Assembly (NCBI GenBank): GCA_026003935.1
Contig: BPIE01000002.1
Span: 127,906-191,905, forward strand
Direction of reading: 5' to 3'
Length of the DNA: 64,000 nucleotides
Origin: Tepidiforma sp.
GTDB lineage: Bacteria > Chloroflexota > Dehalococcoidia > Tepidiformales > Tepidiformaceae
Of the stretch, positions 38,489 through 47,658 are shown in pieces (position 1 is the first letter of the stretch; every line of letters starts with the position of its first letter). Under the pieces are notes generated by a model, which was not told where the DNA came from, searched no databases, and was given only the letters and a program-made list of their open reading frames with translations. A program made the position numbers and the translations under genes.

Positions 38489-39435
38489 GCGGCGAGGCTC
38501 CCGGGGACAGGCTGGCTCATGAGCTCGAGGTAGGCGCGTTCGAGGTCGCCTGCGGGGCGGACGGCGACGATGGCGGCGCCAGCACGAACGAGCCTGGCGA
38601 CAAGCTCCGGCGTGTCGCGGCCGGCATCGGAGAGACGGCATCTGACAGCCGAAGGGGACCACCAGACTTCGCGGACGGCGGGGAAGGATTCGACGGCGCG
38701 CCGCACAGGGAGGTCGACCAGACCAGCGAATTCGACTTCAACGATGTGGCCGAGGAGCGCTGCGCGGACCTGTTGCGGCGTACCAACCTGGAGGAGGTGT
38801 CCTTCGCGGAGGATGGCGACACGGTCGCAGAGGCGCTCGGCCTCGGCGAGCCGGTGGGTGTTCAGGAGAATGGTGGTGCCCTCACGGGCGAGGTCACGGA
38901 TGAGCCCTTCCATGGAGGCTGCGGCCGAGGGGTCGAGCCCGGAGGAGGGTTCGTCGAGCAAGAGGACTGGCGGCCGGTGGACGATGGCCCGGGCAAGGGC
39001 GACGCGCTGCTTGAGACCCTTGGAGAGGCTCCCGGCAGGGTCCCGGGCACGGTCGGCGACCCCAGCGAACTCGAGTGCTCGAGCGACGGCCGCTCCCGGG
39101 TCGCGGACCTGGTGGACCTCGGCCCAGAACCGGACGTTATCTTCGACGGGATGACGGTCGTAGAGGCTCGGGCGCTCCGGCATGACCCCGATGAGCCGGC
39201 GGACCTGCATCGGTTCAGCGGCAACGTCCCAGGAAAGGATGCGGGCGGTGCCGCTGTCGGGCCGGAGGAGCGTGGCCAGGATGCGGAGCGTTGTCGTCTT
39301 GCCGGAGCCGTTCGGGCCGAGAAGGCCGACAATCTCGCCGGCTTCGACGTCGAGGTCGAGCGCGTGGAGGGCGGTACGAGCGCCAAAGCGGCGGGTAACC
39401 GCTCTGCACTCAATCGCCGGCCCCGCGCACCTCAC
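38485..39435 (-). CDS. ABC transporter ATP-binding protein
   Basis: GPNGSGKTT, LSKGLKQR, LLLDEPSSGLD, H-loop. Confidence 0.93.
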   Translation of the reverse strand: MRCAGPAIECRAVTRRFGARTALHALDLDVEAGEIVGLLGPNGSGKTTTLRILATLLRPDSGTARILSWDVAAEPMQVRRLIGVMPERPSLYDRHPVEDNVRFWAEVHQVRDPGAAVARALEFAGVADRARDPAGSLSKGLKQRVALARAIVHRPPVLLLDEPSSGLDPSAAASMEGLIRDLAREGTTILLNTHRLAEAERLCDRVAILREGHLLQVGTPQQVRAALLGHIVEVEFAGLVDLPVRRAVESFPAVREVWWSPSAVRCRLSDAGRDTPELVARLVRAGAAIVAVRPAGDLERAYLELMSQPVPGSLAA

Positions 39436-39471
39436 ATGATGAGATTCGGCGCATGGGGGCGCGTTCTCCAG

Positions 39472-40248
39472 TCAGCGCGCCATTCTGCCGCCGTCGATGG
39501 GGATGATGGTGCCCGTGAGGTAGCTTGCATCGGGGCTGCAGAGGTAGGCCACGAGGGCGGCCACTTCCGAGGGCTCGCCGTAGCGGCCCAGGGGGTTCGC
39601 GGCTGCCATCTGCTGATGGACGGCCTCTGGTTCGTCGGGGTTGATGCCCCGTTCGAGGGCGCGCATCATGCGCGTTTCGATCGGCGAGGGGCAGACGGCG
39701 CAGACGCGGATTCGCATCGGCGCCAGCTCGAGGGCGGCGGTCTTAGTCATGCCGACGACGGCATGCTTGCTGGCCCCGTAGGCGATGATCCCCGGGGTTC
39801 CGCTGAGCCCCGCAACGGAGGCGGTATTGACGATGCACCCGCCGCCATTGGCGGCCATGACCGGAGCGACGAACTTCATGCCGAGCCAGACGCCTTTCAC
39901 GTTGACGGCGAGAACGCGGTCGAACTGGTCTTCGGGGTACTGCAGCATCGGGCCGATCCAACCTTCGATGCCGGCGTTGTTGAAGAAGGCATCGACTCGT
40001 CCGAAGCGCTCCCTGGCCGCCGAGACGTAGCGTTCGACGTCGGCGGCGCGCGTGACGTCGGCGGGGACAGCTATGGCTTGAGCGCCGGCGGATTCGGCCG
40101 TCGCGACGGCATCGTCGAGCGCGGTGCCGGGAAGGTCGACGGCAACGATGCTGGCTCCTTCGTTCGCGAAACGTTCGACGGCAGCAAGGCCGATACCGCC
40201 GGCGGCGCCGGTGATAATGGCGACTTTGCCTTCGAAACGCCGTTCCAT
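39472..40248 (-). CDS. Short-chain dehydrogenase/reductase
   Basis: TGAAGGIG, NNAGIEG, YGASK. Confidence 0.92.
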   Translation of the reverse strand: MERRFEGKVAIITGAAGGIGLAAVERFANEGASIVAVDLPGTALDDAVATAESAGAQAIAVPADVTRAADVERYVSAARERFGRVDAFFNNAGIEGWIGPMLQYPEDQFDRVLAVNVKGVWLGMKFVAPVMAANGGGCIVNTASVAGLSGTPGIIAYGASKHAVVGMTKTAALELAPMRIRVCAVCPSPIETRMMRALERGINPDEPEAVHQQMAAANPLGRYGEPSEVAALVAYLCSPDASYLTGTIIPIDGGRMAR

Positions 40249-40261
40249 GGGGACCTCCTGG

Positions 40262-41716
40262 TCAGGGGGGTGGGGGGTTTCCGCGGCGAACCAGCGGGGT
40301 GCCTGCGGCGACGAGAGGATCGCGGCGACCGCCGCGGAGGAGGGAAGCGGCCACGGCTGCGGATGATGCGAAGCCGGCGGCTGCAAAGGCGGCGCGGACG
40401 CCGTCGACGATCGCCGAATCGGGGAGGTCGGCGACGCGGGTGGCAGTGTAGCCTGCCGACGCGCTGGCGGCAGCTACGAGGACCGCGCTGGCAAGTGCGA
40501 GCCCCACAGCGTTGCCGATATTGCGGGCGGTGGCAACGCTCGCAGAGGCCGTACCGAGGCGGTCGGGCGGGACGCTGTTCATGATGGTGGCGCTGTTCGG
40601 CGACATGAACACTGAAGTGCCAATCCCAATGACAGCCAGGCGCAGGACGATGAGCGCGACCGGGGTCTCGGCGGTGATGGTGGCGAGTGAGAAGAGCCCG
40701 ACGGAGACGAGGGCGATGCCAATCGTGGCCTGATGGGTGAAGCGGTAGCGGTCGCTGATGCGTCCGCTCAGCGGTGAGAGCAGCAACATCATGCAGGGGA
40801 TGGTGGCAACGATGAGACCAACGCGCCCGGTGGAGAAATCACGGACCTCCTGCAGATAGAAGGGGAGGAGGAAGGTGACGGATGATTGCCCGAGGAAGCT
40901 GAGTGCGAGGCTGCTCACGCCAACGGAATAGTCGCGCTCTCGGAAGAGCGTGAGGGCGACAACGGGGCTGGGCGAGCGGGATTCGACGCGCAGGAAGAGC
41001 GCGAAGGCGACCGCCGAGAGCGCGAGCAGGCCGAGCACCGGAGCCGATGACCAGCCCCACGACTGGCCGCGGTTGACGGCAAGGAGCGCCGAGGAGAGCG
41101 AGATGAAGAGGAGTAGCGCCCCGGGTACGTCCATTCGGCGCGCTGTACCGGCCGCCGAGGGTGACGAAGGCCGGATGGCAAGCCAGGCGAGCGTCATTGC
41201 GGCGACGCCTATAGGAACACGGAGGGCGAAGACCGCGTGCCAGGAGAAGAACTCGAGGATGATGCCGCCCAGGATGGGGCCGGACATGAGCCCGGCACCG
41301 ACGACAGCGCCAGTGGTGCCGAGCGCCTGGCCCCGCTGCTCGGGGGGGAACGCTTCGGTGACGATGGCGTTGCCGTTCGCGATGGCGAGTGCGACACCGA
41401 TGGACTGCAGGAAGCGCATGACGATCAGGATTTCGAACGAGGGGGCGAAGCTCGCTAGCGCCATTCCGATGGTGAAAATGACCCAGCCAGCGATGTAGAC
41501 CCGCTTTCGACCGTAGAGGTCGCCGGCCCGCCCGGCGGTGAGGGTGAGACCGGTGACGACGAGGCTGGCGACGAGGGTGGCCCAGACGACGGTGTCCGGG
41601 GAGCGGTCGAACTCGCGGGCGAGGGTAGGCAGCGCAACATTGACGATGGAGAAATCCATCGTGGCCATGTAGGTCCCGAAGGCCACGGCACCGAGCGCGC
41701 GCCAGCGGTACTCCAC
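40262..41716 (-). CDS. MFS transporter (DHA2 / EmrB-QacA type)
   Basis: DFSIVNVALP, GRAGDLYGRKR, GPILGG; about 14 TM segments. Confidence 0.9.
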   Translation of the reverse strand: MEYRWRALGAVAFGTYMATMDFSIVNVALPTLAREFDRSPDTVVWATLVASLVVTGLTLTAGRAGDLYGRKRVYIAGWVIFTIGMALASFAPSFEILIVMRFLQSIGVALAIANGNAIVTEAFPPEQRGQALGTTGAVVGAGLMSGPILGGIILEFFSWHAVFALRVPIGVAAMTLAWLAIRPSSPSAAGTARRMDVPGALLLFISLSSALLAVNRGQSWGWSSAPVLGLLALSAVAFALFLRVESRSPSPVVALTLFRERDYSVGVSSLALSFLGQSSVTFLLPFYLQEVRDFSTGRVGLIVATIPCMMLLLSPLSGRISDRYRFTHQATIGIALVSVGLFSLATITAETPVALIVLRLAVIGIGTSVFMSPNSATIMNSVPPDRLGTASASVATARNIGNAVGLALASAVLVAAASASAGYTATRVADLPDSAIVDGVRAAFAAAGFASSAAVAASLLRGGRRDPLVAAGTPLVRRGNPPPP

Positions 41717-41726
41717 GGACCGCACT

Positions 41727-42407
41727 CTACGCGGGGGGAGCGGGGGCCTCAATGCTGGCGGCGAGCGCGGGCCGGGCAGGACATTCGACGAGGGGGCAGC
41801 GGCCGCACGCGGGGCGGCGGGCGGCGCAGGTGCGCCGGCCGTGCTTGATGAGCAGCATGTGGAACGGGTAGTAGTCGGAGGGGTCGACGACGGCTTCGAG
41901 CAGGTCGTGGGCGCGTTCCGGCGTGGTTGATTCGGACACGAGGCCGAGCCGTTTTGCCACCCGCTCCACATGGGTGTCGACGGGGAGAGCGGGGATGCCG
42001 AGGGAGAAGAGCAGTACGCAGGCCGCTGTCTTGGGGCCTACCCCGGGGAGCGAACGAAGCCAGCTGCGGGCTTCTTCGGGCGGGATGTCCCGGAGAAATG
42101 AGAGGTCGAATTCGGGAGAGCGGGCTTCCACTGCCTGGAGGACGGCCTTGATGCGGGGCGCCTTCTGACGGGCGAGGCCGCCTGGCTGGATCGCGGTTTC
42201 AATGACCTCGACGGGGGCGTCGGCGATGGCCTGCCACGAGGGAAAGCTTCGCATGAGGGCAATGAAAGCTCGGCCGCTATTGGTATCTGAGGTGTTCTGG
42301 CTGAGGATGGTGAGAATGAGCTCGGCGACGGCATCGCCGCTGGGCTGGAGGACGGGCCTGCCGTAGATGGGCTCGAGACGGGCGATGATGGAGGCCGGGT
42401 CGAGCAT
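41727..42407 (-). CDS. nth: Endonuclease III-like HhH-GPD glycosylase
   Basis: ILSQNTSD, LPGVGPKTA, PVDTHV.RV, C-x6-C-x2-C-x4-C. Confidence 0.85.
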   Translation of the reverse strand: MLDPASIIARLEPIYGRPVLQPSGDAVAELILTILSQNTSDTNSGRAFIALMRSFPSWQAIADAPVEVIETAIQPGGLARQKAPRIKAVLQAVEARSPEFDLSFLRDIPPEEARSWLRSLPGVGPKTAACVLLFSLGIPALPVDTHVERVAKRLGLVSESTTPERAHDLLEAVVDPSDYYPFHMLLIKHGRRTCAARRPACGRCPLVECPARPALAASIEAPAPPA

Positions 42408-43567
42408 CACGTTTGGGCGAGCCGCCGCTGGGCCATGGCGGGGAGGATTGGGACGCGGTGCACTTCGCGGGCATAGGTCGACTCGCCGCGCTGTACTGCG
42501 AAGAAGGCATCCCAGAGATAGGGCAGGGCACGGGTCGCCAGGAGCCACGGGCCGGGGAATCGGCCAAGCATGCCATAGAACATGTGCGCGATGAGCCGGG
42601 CAGCGCGAAGCTCGGGCATCAGCTCGCGGTCGATGTCGCGCTGGTAGGCGAACAGGGGTGCCTGGCCGGCAAGAGCCCGGAGGACCGCGCGGGCGGCGAT
42701 GCGGCCGGATTCGATGGCATAGAAAATTCCCTCCTGCGTGAATTCGTCGGCGAGACCGGCAGCATCGCCTGCGAGGAGCACCCGGTCGTCGGCGATGCGC
42801 TCGGCGCCGCGGCGGAACCGAATCTTGTGTCCCCGGGAGATGTCGACAGGAGCGCCGCCGAGCCCGAGGCGCTGCAGGTAGGCGCTGACCTGCTGCTTCA
42901 TCGTCCCGGCCTGGTCCGGGGGAAGGACGATGCCGACCGAGAGAACTTCGGCCTTCGGGAAGACCCACGCGTAGCCCCAGGGCCGGAATCCGAGCTCGAT
43001 AAAGGCGGTGGCACGGTTGGCGCGGACACGGTGCGCGGGAGCGCGAACTTCGACCTCGTAGGCGGCGCATTCTGCGAGCCCGGCTCCGAGGCCAGCCATC
43101 TTCCCAACGGGCGAGTGCGCGCCGTCGGCAGCGATGAGGAACTGCGCGCCCGCGCTGAATCCGCCTTCCGTGGTTACGGACACGCCGGCGGGCGCTGCCT
43201 CAAGGGTGCGGACCGGGGAGCCCTGACGGAATTCGGCGCCGGCACGCTGTGCGTAGTCGAGCAGGAGTGCATCGAACCGGTCGCGCATGACCATGGCGGC
43301 GAAGGGTTCGCCGGAATCGCGCACGAACCGGCAGCGTCCACGCCATGCGATATCGAGGAGCGAGACTTCGTCTTCGACGACTGGGTCGAGCGGGAAGGGA
43401 AGGACCCGCGCGGTGCGGCGGGGGATGCCGCCCCCGCAAGCCTTATAGCGGGGAAAGTGTTCACGGTCGAGGAGCAGGACGCGGGCACCGGCGGCGGCGA
43501 GTTCGCGGGCGGCAGTCGAGCCGGCAGGGCCAGCACCAACGACGATGGCATCGAAGTGCTCGGGCAC
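42407..43567 (-). CDS. Geranylgeranyl reductase family FAD oxidoreductase
   Basis: VVGAGPAG, FPRYKACGGG, ADGAHS, GYAWVFPK, GDAAG..EGI. Confidence 0.88.
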   Translation of the reverse strand: MPEHFDAIVVGAGPAGSTAARELAAAGARVLLLDREHFPRYKACGGGIPRRTARVLPFPLDPVVEDEVSLLDIAWRGRCRFVRDSGEPFAAMVMRDRFDALLLDYAQRAGAEFRQGSPVRTLEAAPAGVSVTTEGGFSAGAQFLIAADGAHSPVGKMAGLGAGLAECAAYEVEVRAPAHRVRANRATAFIELGFRPWGYAWVFPKAEVLSVGIVLPPDQAGTMKQQVSAYLQRLGLGGAPVDISRGHKIRFRRGAERIADDRVLLAGDAAGLADEFTQEGIFYAIESGRIAARAVLRALAGQAPLFAYQRDIDRELMPELRAARLIAHMFYGMLGRFPGPWLLATRALPYLWDAFFAVQRGESTYAREVHRVPILPAMAQRRLAQT

Positions 43568-43612
43568 AGTTCCGACTCTACCGCCCGGCCCGCCGCAGAT
43601 GAAGCCGTGCGC

Positions 43613-45859
43613 TTACTCGGGGGTGTTTTCCCAGTCCTTCCAGCTGCCGCGGCGGACGTCGGCCTCGATGTAGTGGCCCTGGCCGAGTTTCTTGGCGGCG
43701 GGCGGGTTCTCGAGGCGCCGGAGCAGCAGCCAAACGGCGAAGCTCAGCGCACCCATGATCGCGGCGAGGGTGGCCAGCCGCTGGATGCCGCGGGCCGATG
43801 CGCCGTCCCAGGTCTCGTAGGCCTCGCGGGCGAGTTCGAGCGCGCGGGTGCCGTCGCCCTCGGCGAGCGCGGCTTCGGCGTCGCGCAGCTTGGCGTCGGG
43901 GTCGGTGAAGAGCATGCCGATGCGGGCGAAGAAGCCAGGGCTGAAGGTGTCGCGCTTCTCGCGGGCGAGCTGAATGAGCTTGGCGGCGGCATCGGCGTTG
44001 ACGCGCCCGGTGACACCGGACGATGCGGCGGTTCGGGCCCCGACGAAGTCGCCCTGCTCGAACAGCGTGCGAGCATCGGTGATGCCGGCGCGGAAGGGCG
44101 AGTCGGCCGGTTCGTCGGCGAGCTGGGCTTCGGCGGCCTGGATGGCGACGACGGCCTGCCGCATGTCTTCAATGAGGCGGGCGGTTTCGGAGAGGCGGGC
44201 CTTGCCCCAGGAGACGGCGATGGCGTCTGGGACCTGGAGGCCCGCTGCGGACGCAAGAGCCCGGGCGGAGCCGTACGCGGCGATGAGCCGGTCGCCCTCA
44301 GCGACCTGGCCAGCGACCGGCTCGAACACCCATGCGATGAGGTTGTTGTAGATGTCCGAAGGGATGCCCGCGCCGAGGCCGGCCTCCTCGGCGCGTATGC
44401 GGAGGCCGCGGACGAGGTCGTGGGCGGCGCGGCGCTGTTCGAGGAGGGGCTTCGCGGTCTCGGGAACAAACACCCACTCGAGGAAGAGCTGGTCGAGGTT
44501 GCGGTCTGAGAGAAACTCGCCCTGGTCCATGAACCAGCCTTCCTTGAGGCGCCAGAGGGCGGGTTCGTCGTCGATTCGCGAGAGGACGGTCGTCATATTT
44601 TGGCGGCCGCCGATGGCTTCCTCGTAGGCGAACCAGAAATCGCCGGAGCGGCCGTACCAATATTCGGGGGAGCCCGTCATGGTGGTGCCCCATGCGGCGA
44701 GGGGGTAGGAGACTTCTGCAGATTTCCAATCGAGCGCGCGGACAGTCACGCCAACCTGGGGGGCGATGACGCGTGTCGCCCACTCTGCGAGCCCCTCCCA
44801 GAGGAACGGGCGGGCGAGCTGGGTATTGCCGGCCCACTGGTGGGCGAGCTCGTGGATAGTGACTTCTTCGTCGATTCCTCCGGTTTCGTGGGAGAGGAGC
44901 ACCTGCCCGAGGCCGGAAAAGGCCACGCCAGCGATGCCGTAGGTGGCGATGTGGTACGACTGGCGCATCGTGACATCGGTGTAGGGATACTTGAAACCGA
45001 ACAGGGTTTCGAGCAGCGGGAATGCCTGCTTCGCGATGGCAAACTGGCGAGCAGCCCAGTCTGCATCGCGGCGGAAGTATTTGAGTGTCATGGTCACCTG
45101 GCGGCCATCGGGCATGGTGACCGGCTCGGTGAGCACGCCGCGGCGCGACTCATCAGTGACGGAGAGAGCGAAGGCGGAGAAGACGCCGGCATCGACCCGC
45201 TGGCGGCAGCGGTCATCAAGGGCGGCACAGCGCTCGAGGATATCGGGGTCGTCGGCAGCGAGTGAGATGGCGAGGACGTCGCCGCACACCCATCGCTGGA
45301 GCCCGGCGTTCTTCACCTCTGCGGGCTGGTCTTTGCCGACGAGGCAGCCTGGGTCGAGGACGTTGTCGCCGGACTTTGGGACATCGACGAAGACCCACGA
45401 GCCGGGCCCCTGCCCGATGAACGGCACCTCGATGAGGCCAGGTTCGAGGGTCATGAGCGGCCCGGTCGAGTTGGGGAGGCGATAGGCGGCCTCGAGCGTG
45501 ACCCGGCCCTTGGGCTTGAGCGGGGCGGGCAGCGCGACTGAGGCCACGGCGGTGCGGCGCGCAGCCTCGTCCCCGGGCTCCAGGGAGAACGCGAGGGGCT
45601 GCCTGTCGCGTGTGATGGCGAGGTCCTGCGCGTGGGGCAGGATGTAGACGGGAACGGTGGTGATGTCACCCTGCGATTGATTCAGGAATTCGACGCGCAG
45701 CTCGACGCCGACGGTGCCGGCGGCAGTGTCGAGGCGGTAGGTGGTTTCGGAGGCAGACACGAGGGGCGGCACGGACTGGGCCATGGCGGCGTGCTGACCC
45801 GTGCCAGCCAGCAGAACCGCGGCGATTGCCGCGCCAACGAGAGCAAGGCGCACCTTCAC
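43613..45859 (-). CDS. Exported gluzincin (M1-like) metallopeptidase with C-terminal membrane anchor
   Basis: Signal peptide, IHELAHQWAG...LWEGLAEW, helical repeats, C-terminal TM helix. Confidence 0.7.
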   Translation of the reverse strand: MKVRLALVGAAIAAVLLAGTGQHAAMAQSVPPLVSASETTYRLDTAAGTVGVELRVEFLNQSQGDITTVPVYILPHAQDLAITRDRQPLAFSLEPGDEAARRTAVASVALPAPLKPKGRVTLEAAYRLPNSTGPLMTLEPGLIEVPFIGQGPGSWVFVDVPKSGDNVLDPGCLVGKDQPAEVKNAGLQRWVCGDVLAISLAADDPDILERCAALDDRCRQRVDAGVFSAFALSVTDESRRGVLTEPVTMPDGRQVTMTLKYFRRDADWAARQFAIAKQAFPLLETLFGFKYPYTDVTMRQSYHIATYGIAGVAFSGLGQVLLSHETGGIDEEVTIHELAHQWAGNTQLARPFLWEGLAEWATRVIAPQVGVTVRALDWKSAEVSYPLAAWGTTMTGSPEYWYGRSGDFWFAYEEAIGGRQNMTTVLSRIDDEPALWRLKEGWFMDQGEFLSDRNLDQLFLEWVFVPETAKPLLEQRRAAHDLVRGLRIRAEEAGLGAGIPSDIYNNLIAWVFEPVAGQVAEGDRLIAAYGSARALASAAGLQVPDAIAVSWGKARLSETARLIEDMRQAVVAIQAAEAQLADEPADSPFRAGITDARTLFEQGDFVGARTAASSGVTGRVNADAAAKLIQLAREKRDTFSPGFFARIGMLFTDPDAKLRDAEAALAEGDGTRALELAREAYETWDGASARGIQRLATLAAIMGALSFAVWLLLRRLENPPAAKKLGQGHYIEADVRRGSWKDWENTPE

Positions 45860-45922
45860 ACTGAAAGGTTCGGCGGGAGGGTGAGCCGTGCGCAGGGGCG
45901 CCTGCCGGGCCTTGGGGCGGAA

Positions 45923-46687
45923 TCAGTTCACGAGAACGCCGCCATCGACAGGAAGCACGACGCCCGTGACCCAGCGGGCTTCATCGGAGCAGAGGTAGAC
46001 AGCTGCGGCCGCGATGTCCCAGGCGGTACCTTCGAGGCCGAGCGCGGTAGACTTGCGCCGCGCCTCGCGCACGGAGTCCGGCATGCCCGCGGCGACCATG
46101 GGGGTGTAGGCGGGCCCAGGAGCGATAGCGTTGACGCGGATGCCGTCCCTGCCGTGGTCGGCTGCCATGGCACGGGTGAGGGCTTCGACGGCGCCCTTCG
46201 AGGCGGCGTAGGGGGCAAGACCGCGCCCACGCAACGAGGCGATCGATGAGATGTTGAGGATGGCCCCGCCCCCGCCGTGAATCATGGCCGGGATTGCGTG
46301 TTTGCTGGCGAGGACCATGCTCGTGACATTGACCCGCATCTGCAGCTCCCATTCTTCGAGAGCTATATCCGGGATGCGGCGGCGAATCCCGATGCCGACG
46401 TTGTTCACGAGGATGTCGAGCCGGCCCCAGCGGCCGACGGCGCGGGAAACCATGGCGCGACAGTGATCCTCGCGGGTGACGTCGGCTTCGAACGATTCGG
46501 CTTCGCCGCCGTCCTCAGCGACCATGCGGGCCGTGACTTCAGCAGCGCTGAGGCGCCTATCAACGAGGAGGACGCGGGCGCCTTCCCGGGCGAAGAGCAC
46601 AGCGATCGCGCGGCCATTGCCGACGCCGTCATCGCGTGAGCCGGCACCCGTGACAATCGCGACCTTTCCTTGGAGCCGGCCTGCCAT
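45923..46687 (-). CDS. Short-chain dehydrogenase/reductase
   Basis: TGAGS...GNG, NNVG, YAASK. Confidence 0.92.
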   Translation of the reverse strand: MAGRLQGKVAIVTGAGSRDDGVGNGRAIAVLFAREGARVLLVDRRLSAAEVTARMVAEDGGEAESFEADVTREDHCRAMVSRAVGRWGRLDILVNNVGIGIRRRIPDIALEEWELQMRVNVTSMVLASKHAIPAMIHGGGGAILNISSIASLRGRGLAPYAASKGAVEALTRAMAADHGRDGIRVNAIAPGPAYTPMVAAGMPDSVREARRKSTALGLEGTAWDIAAAAVYLCSDEARWVTGVVLPVDGGVLVN

Positions 46688-46763
46688 GGCCCTCCCCGGA
46701 GGCGTTGGATGACGGATTGTAGCAAGAGTGGCCGCCAGGGTAGGACGTCGCTAAGGTGACGTG

Positions 46764-47387
46764 GTGACCAGCTTCACCTGCACCACTTGCGGACGGGGGT
46801 TTTCGGTGCCCGAGGCTGCGCTGCGGCGGTACCCGGGCTGGATTCCGAAAATTTGCAGGGGCTGCCGGGATGGAGGGCGGGAAGAGTCAGCCACACCCTC
46901 AGAGGCAGGCGTTGGGGCTGCTGCGGCGGGGACACCGGGCGGTCAGTTCGACCCGCAAACGGGCATCTTCACGGACGGTGCATGCTCGGGGAACCCGGGG
47001 CCCGGCGGCTGGGGGGCGGTGTACGTCCGGGATGGGAGGGTGGTGGACGAGCGGCAGGGGTACGAGGCGGCGACCACGAACAACCGGATGGAGTGGATGG
47101 GGATGATTGCGGGGCTGGAGATGGCTCCGTCAGACGAGCCGATGACGGTGTATTCCGACAGCCAGTACGTGGTGAGGTCGCTGAACGAATGGGCGGAAGG
47201 CTGGGAAGCGCGGGGATGGAAACGCAAGGGCGGCCCGGTCGAGAATCTCGACCTCGTTCAGCGGGCGTGGGAACTCAAGCGGCGGAAGCCGAAGGCGCGG
47301 ATTGTGTGGCTCCGGGGTCACAGCACGTCGCGGTGGAACGCCTACGCTGACCGGCTGGCAACGGCGCACCTTCGCGGCGAGCGGTAA
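46764..47387 (+). CDS. rnhA: Ribonuclease HI with N-terminal zinc-ribbon
   Basis: CTTC...CRGC; TDGACSGNPGPGGWG, TNNRME, SDSQY, WLRGH..N..ADRLA. Start GTG 46761 or 46764. Confidence 0.9.
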   Translation: MTSFTCTTCGRGFSVPEAALRRYPGWIPKICRGCRDGGREESATPSEAGVGAAAAGTPGGQFDPQTGIFTDGACSGNPGPGGWGAVYVRDGRVVDERQGYEAATTNNRMEWMGMIAGLEMAPSDEPMTVYSDSQYVVRSLNEWAEGWEARGWKRKGGPVENLDLVQRAWELKRRKPKARIVWLRGHSTSRWNAYADRLATAHLRGER

Positions 47388-47466
47388 GCGCCGCGCCCGG
47401 CATCTTCACCTGGACGTCACGCGGCTGGCCCTGTGCCATGCGGGGCGCGGGGGACAGACTGCGTGT

Positions 47467-47658
47467 GTGGGAAACACGTGGTTCGACCGGGACCCTGCCA
47501 TGCGCGAGGTATTCCGCGATGTCGCGGCGGCGATCGAGGCTATCGTGGTGGCACTGCAGGTATCGCAGGCAGGGTCGGACCCGACCGCTGCTATTGACGA
47601 GGCAGCGCGCCGGGCGGTGGCGATACGGCGGCATGTACGGGACGTCTCAGACGGGTAG
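47467..47658 (+). CDS. Possible small hypothetical protein
   Basis: GGGGGA upstream of GTG 47467; helical 63-aa ORF filling the gap. Confidence 0.35.
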   Translation: MGNTWFDRDPAMREVFRDVAAAIEAIVVALQVSQAGSDPTAAIDEAARRAVAIRRHVRDVSDG

